A stretch of DNA of 64,000 nt. It comes from Lingula anatina. Its lineage: Eukaryota; Animalia; Brachiopoda. Positions 37,904 to 49,026 of this stretch are shown piece by piece. Made by a program: the position numbers and the translations under genes. The stretch covers positions 19,716,001 to 19,780,000 of the forward strand of contig CM120645.1 of NCBI GenBank assembly GCA_051362555.1. The letters run 5' to 3'. The first letter of the stretch is position 1. Each line of letters starts with the position of its first letter. Below the pieces are notes generated by a model, which worked only from the letters and a program-made list of their open reading frames with translations, ran no database searches and was not told the origin of the DNA.

Positions 37904-40900
37904 CATGTAAGAATTACAACCTGTTATAATTGTACCACCAGCGTTAGCGCTGGCGGTACACATGGTTTCGGTCTCGTCCGGATCGTTCCGCCGGCTCCGC
38001 CGGACGGCTACCGTTACCGCTTCTCCTCCTAGACGGTAAGGCCCCCCATACCCATCTCATGGATTTAGGTCACCTATAATCTCAACTCGTTCCACGTAAA
38101 ATTTGGGCTGTGTCGGTATTGGGGTCTGGGTGTGGCACTCATTGCAATGCACCCTTGTCTAAAAATGGCAAAATTAAATGCTAATTATCTACCCTACGGA
38201 AGGAGTTATGGGAAAAATTTCTATAGACGGCTTTCCAAAAGTCATATGTGTAGATTTCAAATATACCCTTGGATTTGACCTTTGACCTTTACTTCAAGGT
38301 CAAATGGGCCAAAATTTTCAAAAAAATGAAATTTTTTACGAAAAAAAATTTTTTTGCCCTGTTATTCAGACACCACACAGACTTAACCAATAATATTATT
38401 GGAAAGTGTTACCCTTCAGGTCATCTTTCATCTCCATGAATTTGGGGTCAATCGGTGCATTTTCACGGGAGTAGCGGCCATAAGATACCGAAACTGAAAA
38501 CTGTCTCTAATTCGGGAACCGTTAATGCTAGAGACCCATTCTTTTTTGCATTTTGTAGAGCATGTAAAGCCCAACACTGGAGGTGGTCTCGGTTTTTTTG
38601 TATTCCATACGGTTTTCGAGTTACGCTGTATCAAAAAGTACATATTGGTGGTAAAAGCAAAATGTGCAGTACGGTAATGGATAATAAATTTTGAACTCTG
38701 GAAAAATAAAACATTAGGCTTGGCAAAGCAGACAACTTGTGTTCAAAAATGACATTATTTCATCAAATTTGAACTTCTGAAACTTCAGAGCACCTCTTAT
38801 TTCAAGAATTTTGACCAAAATGACATTTTCTTTATTTTAATTAATTTTTTCTGTACGAAATTTAAGGCACATTATGGTAACTCCAAAATTATAACATTTA
38901 GTCCCTTATATCTCCAAAACTGGCAGAGATAGGTCCATAGTTACTATTGAAGTTGAATAGGAAGTCATATACTGGCAATCTATATGTGACCTTAAAATTG
39001 ACCTTTGACCTACTTTTCACCATGAACTGAACTTTGCAAATTTTTCTGCCCTTTTATCTCCAAAACTGGCAGAGATAGGTCCATAGTTACTATTGAAGTT
39101 GAATAGGAAGTCATATACTGGCAATCTATATGTGACCTTAAAATTGACCTTTGACCTACTTTTCACCATGAACTGAACTTTGCAAATTTTTCTTCCATTT
39201 TATCGCCAAAACTGGCAGAGATAGGTCCATAGTTACTATTGAACTTGAATAGGAAGTCATATACTGGCAATCTAAATGTGACCTTAAAATTGACCTTTGA
39301 CCTACTTTTCACCATGAACTGAACATTGCAAATTTTGCTTCCCTTTTATCTCCAAAACTGGCAGAGATAGGTCCGTAGTTTCTATTGGACTTGAATAGGA
39401 AGTCATATACTGGCAATCTTACTGTGACCTTGAAATTGACCTTTGACCTACTTTTCACCACATTCAGACACCACACAGACTTAACCAATAATATTATTGG
39501 AAAGTGTTACCCTTCAGGTCATCTTTCATCTCCATGAATTTGGGGTCAATCGGTGCATTTTCACGGGAGTAGCGGCCATAAGATACCGAAACTGAAAACT
39601 GTCTCTAATTCGGGAACCGTTAATGCTAGAGACCCATTCTTTTTTGCATTTTGTAGAGCATGTAAAGCCCAATACTGGAGGTGGTCTCGGTTTTTTTGTA
39701 TTCCATACGGTTTTCGAGTTACGCTGTATCAAAAAGTACATATTGGTGATAAAAGCAAAATGTGCAGTACGGTAATGGATAATAAATTTTGAACTCTGGA
39801 AAAATAAAACATTAGGCTTGGCAAAGCAGACAACTTGTGTTCAAAAATGACATTATTTCATCAAATTTGAACTTCTGAAACTTCAGAGCACCTCTTATTT
39901 CAAGAATTTTGACCAAAATGACATTTTCTTTATTTTAATTAATTTTTTCTGTACGAAATTTAAGGCACATTATGGTAACTCCAAAATTATAACATTTAGT
40001 CCCTTATATCTCCAAAACTGGCAGAGATAGGTCCATAGTTACTATTGAAGTTGAATAGGAAGTCATATACTGGCAATCTATATGTGACCTTAAAATTGAC
40101 CTTTGACCTACTTTTCACCATGAACTGAACTTTGCAAATTTTTCTTCCCTTTTATCTCCAAAACTGGCAGAGATAGGTCCATAGTTACTATTGAACTTGA
40201 ATAGGAAGTCATATACTGGCAATCTATATGTGACCTTAAAATTGACCTTTGACCTACTTTTCACCATGAACTGAACTTTGCAAATTTTTCTTCCATTTTA
40301 TCGCCAAAACTGGCAGAGATAGGTCCATAGTTACTATTGAACTTGAATAGGAAGTCATATACTGGCAATCTATATGTGACCTTAAAATTGACCTTTGACC
40401 TACTTTTCACCATGAACTGAACTTTGCAAATTTTTCTTCCCTTTTATCTCCAAAACTGTCAGAGATAGGTCCATAGTTACTATTGAACTTGAATAGGAAG
40501 TCATATACTGGCAATCTAAATGTGACCTTAAAATTGACCTTTGACCTACTTTTCACCATGAACTGAGCTTTGCAAATTTTGCTTTCCTTTTTTCTCCAAA
40601 ACTGGCTGAGATAGGTCCGTAGTTACTATTGAACTTGAATAGGAAGTCATATACTGGCAATCTAAATGTGACCTTTAAATTGACCTTTGACCTACTTTTC
40701 ACCATGAACTGAACTTTGCAAATTTTGCTTCCGTTTTATCTCCAAAACTGGCAGAGATAGGTCCATAGTTACTATTGAACTTGAATAGGAAGTCATATAC
40801 TGGCAATCTAAATGTGACCTTAAAATTGACCTTTGACCTACTTTTCACCATGAACTGAACTTTGCAAATTTTGCTTCCCTTTTATCTCCAAAACTGGCAG

Positions 40901-43900
40901 AGATAGGTCCATAGTTACTATTGAACTTGAATAGGAAGTCATATACTGGCAATATAAATGTGACCTTAAAATTGACCTTTGACCTACTTTTCACCATGAA
41001 CTGAACTTTGCATGTAAAGCCCAATACTGGAGGTGGTCTCGGTTTTTTTGTATTCCATACGGTTTTCGAGTTACGCTGTATCAAAAAGTACATATTGGTG
41101 GTAAAAGCAAAATGTGCAGTACGGTAATGGATAATAAATTTTGAACTCTGGAAAAATAAAACATAAGGCTTGGCAAAGCAGACAACTTGTGTTCAAAAAT
41201 GACATTATTTCATCAAACTTGAACTTCTGAAACTTCAGAGCACCTCCTATTTCAAGAATTTTGACCAAAATGACATTTTCTTTATTTTAATTAATTTTTT
41301 CTGTACGAAATTTAAGGCACATTATGGTAACTCCAAAATTATAACATTTAGTCCCTTATATCTCCAAAACTGGCAGAGATAGGTCCATAGTTACTATTGA
41401 ACTTGAATAGGAAGTCATATACTGGCAATATAAATGTGACCTTAAAATTGACCTTTGACCTACTTTTCACCATGAACTGAACTTTGCAAATTTTGCTTTC
41501 CTTTTATCTCCAAAACTGGCAGAGATAGGTCCATAGTTACTATTGAACTTGAATAGGAAGTCATATACTGGCAATATAAATGTGACCTTAAAATTGACCT
41601 TTGACCTACTTTTCACCATGAACTGAACTTTGCAAATTTTGCTTCCCTTTTGTCATATACTGGCAATCTAAATGTGACCTTAAAATTGACCTTTGACCTA
41701 CTTTTCACCATGAACTGAACATTGCAAATTTTGCTTCCCTTTTATCTCCAAAACTGGCAGAGATAGGTCCGTAGTTTCTATTGGACTTGAATAGGAAGTC
41801 ATATACTGGCAATCTTACTGTGACCTTGAAATTGACCTTTGACCTACTTTTCACCATGAACTGAACTTTGCAAATTTTGGTTTCCTTTTATCTCCAAAAC
41901 TGGCTGAGATAGGTCCGTAGTTACTATTGGACTTGAATAGGAAGTCATATACTGGCAATCTATATGTGACCTTCAAATTGACCTTTGACCTACTTATAAT
42001 CATGAACTGAACTCTGCTAATTTCTTTCTCTTTTAACTCCAAACCTGGCAGAGATAGGTCCATAGTTACTATTGAAGTTGAATAGGAAGTCATATACTGG
42101 CAATTTACTGCGACCTTGAAATTGACCTTTGACCTACCTTACGATGAACTTAACTTTGATTGTACCATTTTAAGTTATATATATTTTTTTGCGTATTTTG
42201 AAAATTCTTGTTGATTGCATTTTTATAGCTTGTCAAGCATAAGACTGGTGGCTGTGTCCCTTATTTTGTGTATGTGGGGGTCTATACGAATGCGCTTGCT
42301 CCAGCTGGTGGTACAATATTCGGAGGCGGTATCGCCTCTCTGATCCTCTAGTTAGTTTTTTATCTTTATAGTTTTTATACCATGAAATATTAAAAGTTGT
42401 GAGAGTTGGTCAAAATAATAAATGCAAACATACTGAACTATAACATCTGAACAACGGTAATTTTCAGAAGGAGAAATTTGAATAAAGATTGATATTTATC
42501 TGTCAGCATTCCACGCATGAAGTGACTTTATTTTGAATTCCAGGTTATTTGCATTCATCACCCGAAACCGAGGCACAACAGGGACACCCCCTTCATTTAC
42601 TTGCCATGTATTTGAGTGTGATCTCTCTGGAGAAGAGGTAAGACCTCTCCTGAAATCATGTGTACAATATGGATTTTCTTTTTAAATATGAATAAATGAA
42701 ATATATTAATGCAATTATGCTATTAGATCTTCATATAATGTACCAAAATTTTTGTTTTCTTGGAAGTTTCAACACTTTAATCCAAATCACCAAGGCATAC
42801 CATATCCAATCCTTTGTTTTTCTCAGTTGTAGAAAGAATGGGTCTCGATAACTCAGTAGCATGTAATATTTCTTATCATGTGATAAAACCAAACATGGGT
42901 CTTTTTTCTCTTTCTTTTGCAGATCTGCCAGGCCATTACCACGGCAACTAAAATGGCTTTTCAGGCTGTGATGGTAAGCTTCAGTATATGGTCATCCTGA
43001 GAAGCGTGCTTTTTAATTAAATATTATCTTGTGAAAGTATAAACTGATTTGTTGCCTTGATCAGTAAATATTGGATTTGATGCTCTTGGACACACCACCT
43101 GATATGACCAAAATTACTGAAAATTTACTCTTTTTCCTTAATTTCTATGGTATACCCCATATAAAACTGTTGAGAATATTAATATCTATAAACCTGTTTG
43201 TGAGTTCAGAGTTTTTTTGAATTTTACACTAAGAGTGGATATCAGTAGTTGTCATCACCATTTTGAGATTAGTGCAACATTATTCAGAATAGATTGTAGA
43301 AATGAAACTAAATTAATGTATTTTAGGAGAAGAGAGCAGCAGAAAAGGAACAAGCACAACGGGCAAGAGAAATGGTAAGTGAAGAAAACATTAGGCATGG
43401 GCGTGCATGCACACACGCACACACACACACACACACACCAGATTTTGAAATGAGTTCATCTTGATATAAAGTTGAGATTAAATGAAATGTCTATTTTCTC
43501 CATCAAAATATATTTTTTTGAAATTTTATACATTGTAATTTTTTGCCTGCATAAAATTTCTTCTGCTATTGCCTGTAATATTCATGAATAGAGAAATATT
43601 AAACATTGTATTACAATGTAGACGTGAATGCTCTCTTTTATCTTATTATGACACTAAATGGGTTTATCAAAGTATCATTGATACCAGTAAACAAACTTTT
43701 GAAAAAATGAGAGAAAAATGGCATCACAAAAGAAGCACAAGAAAGCTGTATGGTAAACGAAAAAGGAAAAAAATACAAGTGAACCAGTTTTGCTGATCTT
43801 GTTAAGTTAAACCTTTTTAAAAATTTGGTAGTGTGAAATAGACAGATATCTGTAAGTATCTTAGACACTTGTTGAGATATGTCCGATTGACGGAAAAGTT

Positions 43901-45724
43901 ATGTTGCCACTGGACCATTTCAGGAATCTGTAGAAACTCTGGAAGAGTTTCAGAACCAGTGACGGGAGGTAGGATATCTGATAGTTTTACTTCTGTCACA
44001 GATGGATCTGCTGTTTGTTTGTTTGTTTGTTTCCTCTGTCTGCATTAACAAAAATATCTCTTATTCATCACCACAGTCCAGCAAGATCTTAACCACTACT
44101 AACTTAACCTTGACCTGAAACAAGCCAAATACGTAATGCTGAAGCCTATTTCACAAAACATCTCAAGGTTTTGGGCTTTGTTAAGACTGCGAAACTTGAG
44201 CTGACTTTGATTACTTGATTTGGTGGTGTTTTACAAACGATTGGCCTATGCTGAACATGTCTGTGACAGTCACACTCAAAAGTCACTGCTTAGGGAAAAA
44301 ATCATAACCAAGACAATTTGCATTTGGGACACAGATTTGACTTAAGTCAATAGGGTTTTGAGTTGGTGTGAAAGGCCTCTTAGTCAGCTAAAACTGTAAG
44401 CAGTGTTTGCAGGTATTGCAGTCCATTTTCAACTAAAGTAATTTTGTAAAACGGGCCCCTGCTTGGTTATGAAGTAGCAATAAAGTCACAAGTCGAGGCT
44501 TAAACTGAGGCATTTGATGAGATCAGTAATAAAATTTATTTTTGGTCTGACTAAGTATACTGTATATGTTCTCCTGTGAACAGGGCCTAACATTTTAATA
44601 TTCTAATAATTTTTTGCATGTATTTCATATCCAAGGGACTTACAATATCATTTCTTAATTGTTGTGTTTTGCATTAACCATTAACCAAGCTGTTGCTTCA
44701 TTATAAAGATTGAAATATTTGTAGTCTAATCTTTATTACAAATATAGCAGCTTGCATTTTATATTGTTCAATTTTTTATCAAACAGGTCAGTAGGTTTCA
44801 TTTTCTTCTCCATCTGCATCTGTGTCGACTCGGTCCATTTCTCTGGCAGGCTCTATTAGCCCAGACATCAAGCTTGTTTAATATGTCATTGTACAACTTG
44901 CAGTGATTTTCTCTTAGTTACCAGTAGTTGTACATTAGTACTAATTTGAAAATAATACTGTACTGTGGCAATATGAACACTTTAACTATAGTTTTTTTTT
45001 AAATGTTGTAGTGCCTGCAAGATAAAACTGCATGCTCAGAGCTATAGAATAGTTTTATGAATGCCATGTTATTACAGCACTTTCATATACAAAATACTAA
45101 CTACATGTTCATAATGTTGTTTTGAATACTTTCGTTTGTTTTTAAAAAGCTCAGACCATCAATTTTGCTTGCTTTTCAGTTACATTTATTTGTCTTTCTG
45201 CTGCAGTATTGTGCTTTTATATATATTTTTTAGCTTTTTATTCACGTTAAGCAGAAGTCTTCAAACTGAAGATACTTAATTTTTTAATCCTAATTATTTT
45301 TAATTTAAAGGAATTTTGATGTGGCTTTGCCCTTTAAATTTTAAATTTAAAGGGAAGATTTTGACCTGTTAGCAGTGGACTAAAACTGTATTGCATTAAT
45401 TTTTAATTTTAATGTTTTCAGAAAATCCTCATGGCCAATATACAAATATTGGATGATGTGGTGGAATCAGAGGAGTCACAAAGTGAAAACAGTCTGCAGC
45501 AACAAGCATCCAAACAACAACAACAACCAAAACAAAAACAACAAGGACATACCAAAACAAAACAAAACCAAAGTCACAAGAACTCGGGCGATGAAACTGT
45601 ACTTGAATGTGATTCTAGCGTGACTGCCAGACAGACTCCAACTGACCAATTGAGCTGTGATGGGACTCCCAGTATTTTACTGAGCGTAACAGATGAAGAT
45701 GAAGATGAAGAGTCAGAGGCTTGA
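23590..45724 (+). CDS. APPL1: DCC-interacting protein 13 / APPL adaptor (BAR-PH-PTB), about 22 coding exons
   Basis: MPEIEKLHLEDAFEDSPQ|TRSLLNVFERDA (23590-23643, 28063-28161). BAR segment ALHYFTALNAVQYKRKTALLDPFLG, PH segment FFTQGGNLMSQ and DDRRYVFQV, PTB segment FLVRFLGSMEV and ETMRQIMAARAIHNIFRM. Last exon 45422-45724 ends ESEA*. Single invertebrate APPL1/2 orthologue. Confidence 0.95.
23881..24182. mobile_element. 302-bp fold-back MITE, family C, TAA target-site duplication (Tourist-like)
   Basis: taa|GATCGCATTCAC...GTGAATGCGATT|taa, with arms complementary over about 130 bp. Confidence 0.9.
25814..26079. mobile_element. Non-autonomous DNA transposon / MITE with CCCTGC termini
   Basis: ccctgcaaaaatttgtctcatttaatgttcactta versus taagtgagcgttaaatgagacaaattttcgcaggg form ~35-bp imperfect TIRs. 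TSD unclear. Confidence 0.75.
27835..27912. repeat. Compound poly(A)+(TA)n simple repeat (similar at 37834-37901; (TA)n 27074-27116; (CA)n ~34730-34776; (ATT)n ~47904-47951; (AAAT)n ~15191-15236)
   Basis: Directly visible simple sequence repeats. Confidence 0.95.
28247..30361 (-). mobile_element. Internally deleted hAT transposon (ZNF862-like transposase remnant), 5-bp TSD
   Basis: 16-bp TIR CAGGGGTCGAAATGTT at both ends, flanked by ctgtt/ctgtt, with subterminal tttccc/gggaaa repeats. ORF 28484-28825 contains YPNICALLAIVMVLPVSTA, the hAT dimerization-domain signature. Confidence 0.88.
35741..35898. repeat. Two-copy tandem duplication (~83 bp) in an APPL intron
   Basis: tagctatata..tttgataata...agtcagcagtgctttttcct.ttataaactgcta occurs twice in succession. 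Confidence 0.75.
37930..42351 (+). mobile_element. 4.4-kb Helentron/HINE-like element with internal satellite array
   Basis: 5' subTIR TTGTACCACCAGC with adjacent inverted copy, ccg-rich tract, 3' subTIR GCTGGTGGTACAA (42304-42316), hairpin gaggcg/cgcctc, terminal CTAG before a T-rich target. Confidence 0.85.
38364..42150 (+). repeat. 146-bp tandem repeat (~16 monomers in three blocks) interleaved with a ~540-bp spacer unit
   Basis: Monomer landmarks at 38912, 39058 and 39204 give a period of 146. Spacer at 38364-38905 recurs at 39462-40003 (offset 1098) and partially at ~41010-41356. Confidence 0.95.
44143..44461. mobile_element. Degenerate MITE-like inverted repeat (related ends at ~57880-58055)
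   Basis: gcctatttcacaaaa ... ttttgtaaaacgggccc termini. Similar tttcacaaaa/ttttgtgaaa ends occur in an IFT122 intron. Confidence 0.4.
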
Positions 45725-45905
45725 GTCAGGCTTGATACTCGCCCTTTGAATTGTGGTGGATGCCGAGTTTACTTAAATTATTAACCGAATTCATGCTGCA
45801 GCAAATTATGTCCAATACTAATCTCTCTTCCCATTGCTTATGATTTGAAGTTCTTCTTTACATTGCCAGAGTTTGAGGAACTGAGCTTTTTGTACACAAC
45901 CCTTT

Positions 45906-46270
45906 GACAAAAGTTATGCTTATATAGGCTTCAGGCTTTAAAAAGGCTTGTTAAAGAAAAACAGTTATCTATATTTCAGCTCATGTAAAATATAGCATCC
46001 TGAGCAGTATTGTTGTCCTTATGGATGCAATTTTAAGGTGATGAAAAATAAAAAACATAATGATAAAATTAACCCTGTTTTGATGGTGACAAAAATTATG
46101 CTTTAATTGCAGGCTTAAGTCTTTAAAAGGCTTGTTTTAGAGAAACATCTGCCATATTTCAGCGTATGTAAATTATGTTGTTTGGAGCAGTATTGTGTTC
46201 CTAATGGATGCAATTTTAGGACGATAAAAAATTACACATATAATGATAAAATTAAGCTTGTTTTGATGGT
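45906..46270. repeat. Diverged ~182-bp tandem duplication in the APPL 3' UTR region
   Basis: Shared blocks aaaaggcttgtt, atatttcagc, gagcagtattg, atggatgcaatttta, taatgataaaattaa and gttttgatggt occur twice in the same order. Confidence 0.75.
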
Positions 46271-47903
46271 AAGGCTGGGAAGATATTTGCCTTTAAGACT
46301 TTTTAGAACAGATATTAATAGTGTGTAGAGGAACGTAATCCTATAAGGTAATCCCCACAGGATATCATTGTGTAGACCAGGGTTTTCTTCACCTCAGTTC
46401 TTTTATAAAAAGTTTCAGCTTTTTGAATATTGTTTTTTGAAATTTCAAGATGTTCCATTTTCATTTTCAGATTTGAATGTTACTTAATTCTTACTTGCCA
46501 TGTATTTATTGGATTCAAAGCAAAGAAAGTTTGAATGTTTAAATGTGGTAATCTTGCAATAAAAGGAAGAAAGAAGAAACTAAATGATGAGTGCAACTCA
46601 TTTAGCAGGCTAAAAGTAAAAAAAAAATTTGTGAATGTTATGGTGATAAAATTATGGTGTTGTAATACATATTGTTAGGAAAATTTGAATTTGGGTGTCA
46701 TTTTTGTCTTTTTGGAAATATTTCAATATACAACACTTAATTGCATGTAACGTGTAAATATGTTGTTTTATGACACTGCAGGAAAAGTGTCTTTCAGAAT
46801 TTATTTTTTGTTAAACTCCCTTGTATTTACTTGTGTTAATTATATGCCTGTATTTTTTTCCAACTTCACAGTTACTTACCCTGAGCTTCTTATACAAAGC
46901 ATGACATCTTCATTTTCAGACCTCCATATATATACATGCATGCTTATCAGTGAGGCTATGAAGGGGGGCTCAAACGAACTGCCCTTTTTTCAGAGTAAGA
47001 ATTGATCTAGGTACACAAGGTTTCATGGTTAAAAGTCCACTAAAAAAAATTACCCCCCCCCCCCCCCCCCCCACAACTATGAAATTGCTGGCTTGAGTTT
47101 TCTGAAGCTTACGCAGTTGTGCAGATTTCCTGGTTCTGTAGTAGGACATGAGATTTAGTAATTAGACTTGTTTAACATGTGAGATTGGCAATGGAAATTG
47201 CAACCACATGCCCCTGAAGCTCAGGTGTGACAGGTGGGGATGTATGGAAATGTCCCATTAAAGAAGCATGCAAATACATCAGCTCAGTATGGCCACATAT
47301 CATATAGACCTCACAGTGTGGTACAAAAGTGATAAAACCAGTACCTTCCTGCAGATCATTAACAAATCAAAACATCTTTGAAATCTTCATTGTGTATTTA
47401 TGTATGTATTTTTATTGATATGTCAATTTCTTTCCATGTGATGTATTGTACTTAAAACTATATTGCACATGTTTCAAAAAGAAATACTAAGATTCTTTTG
47501 AATGAATCTCACTAAAAGCAAAGCAGTTAAAAAACCCATGCCTAATGGTGGATCCATAGACCAAACATCACAACAGGCATGTGGCCTTCCCTTGGCCCTC
47601 CTTTGGTCCTCCCTTGATCCTTCTCCCTTAAAAAAAATTATGTAACAAACACATGAAAACAGAAAACAATTTGACCATATTTGTGCCCTACAAACATGTA
47701 ATATATGCTAAAAAAACTTGTTTGCTGTTTTATATTCACCTTAGCTTTGCTTGCCCAATTTTTTAGCCCTGTCCCCCCCTCCCCCCCCAAAAAAAAAAAA
47801 AAATGGATCTGTCAGGGCTACAGGAACTATTATTATATATGCCTTAATTGTTCTGAAATTTCATGTTGAATCTGGACACAAGTTGTTTTTTGTTTTGATA
47901 GGA

Positions 47904-47951
<48 letters not shown>

Positions 47952-48725
47952 TGTTAGTGTTAAAAGATTCTATAACTCCATATTGGTACAAATACAGTAA
48001 TGTACGTCACAATATACAACAAATGTGAAACAAGTGGTACTTTAATTTTGGTTTTGGGAGAATAGGATTTCTCATATGAAATCACAGTTAAATCTCAAAA
48101 TTTCTGGTGTTTCATTGGAAACAATATAGTTATGTATAATTATGATATCCCTATGTCTGAGAAATGTATGGATCACTCATATCCAAGGAGAAAAGTACTG
48201 CACATCATAATATTATATGAATGAATAATTTCCAAACAGTGTATTCTAATTTGAAAAGTGGACTCTTGTAGTGCTGAGTGCAGAACTATGCTGTTATGTT
48301 AATGTGCAATAAAGCTTTATTAAAAAAAAGTCTGATATAGAATTTTTATTGTCATGGATAGAGGGGGGGGGGGGGGGGGGGGGTGAGCTGATGCATTGAG
48401 ATTGTTAAAACAGGATTTACATGTACCAGGGACTTCATGTTTCTTTATTTTATTTTATTCATTTGAATAAATTATTTTTATTCATTTAATTATTTTTTAT
48501 ATATAATTTTTTTTTTGCCTTTTATTTTTTAATTCTAAAATTCTTTATGCATATTGATATTTTTAACAGTATCTCTGAATTTCGGCCCACTCGTATATAG
48601 TTGATATAGTTGGTCGTTTCAGATATTATTTTTTCAAGTCTATTGTCTTATTTATGTGTTTATTTTACTTTTTTTCTTCCTTTTACCATAAATCTTACAA
48701 AGAACCAATGTTTCACAAACACCTA

Positions 48726-48940
48726 CCGCGAGGTGGCAGCAGTTCTGTACCCAAGAGAAGCTGTATTTTTTTTTTTAATATTAGCATAAGAGTTTGGCAA
48801 TACTGCACTTGAAAGCACCTAATGAAATTAATTCGAAATTAAATTTTCATCAAAAATATGAAAATCTAAATGTCCATTTTTATCACTAAAAAGCTTCACA
48901 ACGATCTCCCGGAAGTGTAGTCACTATTTCTGCGCATGAG
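48726..48940 (+). promoter_or_regulatory. PRPF18 promoter motifs
   Basis: CCGCGAGGTGGCAG (48726-48739) is an exact fit to the CTCF consensus CCGCGNGGNGGCAG. ccggaagtgtagtc (~48909-48922) is ETS plus ACTACA (ZNF143/THAP11-like). tgcgcatg (48931) is NRF1-like. Confidence 0.55.
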
Positions 48941-49026
48941 CGGAACCTTCGGAAAATAAAAACATTACGGCAATCATGCGTTTTTCAAAATCGTGTTTAC
49001 ACTAGTTGTTTCGGGGTTAACTAATC

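Noticed and set aside
38428-42093. Duplicated 65-82 aa ORFs (MYFLIQRNSK..., MHFHGSSGHK...)
   Set aside because: They lie inside the repeat units of the Helentron-like element, have no recognisable domain, and their identity only reflects the DNA duplication.
38906-42150. Possible CRISPR-like array
   Set aside because: Monomers are 146-bp head-to-tail repeats without unique spacers, in a eukaryotic intron, with no cas genes.
43569-43999. Basic 75-aa ORF and exon-like stretch in the last APPL intron
   Set aside because: No consistent splice phase with the flanking exons and no recognisable homology.
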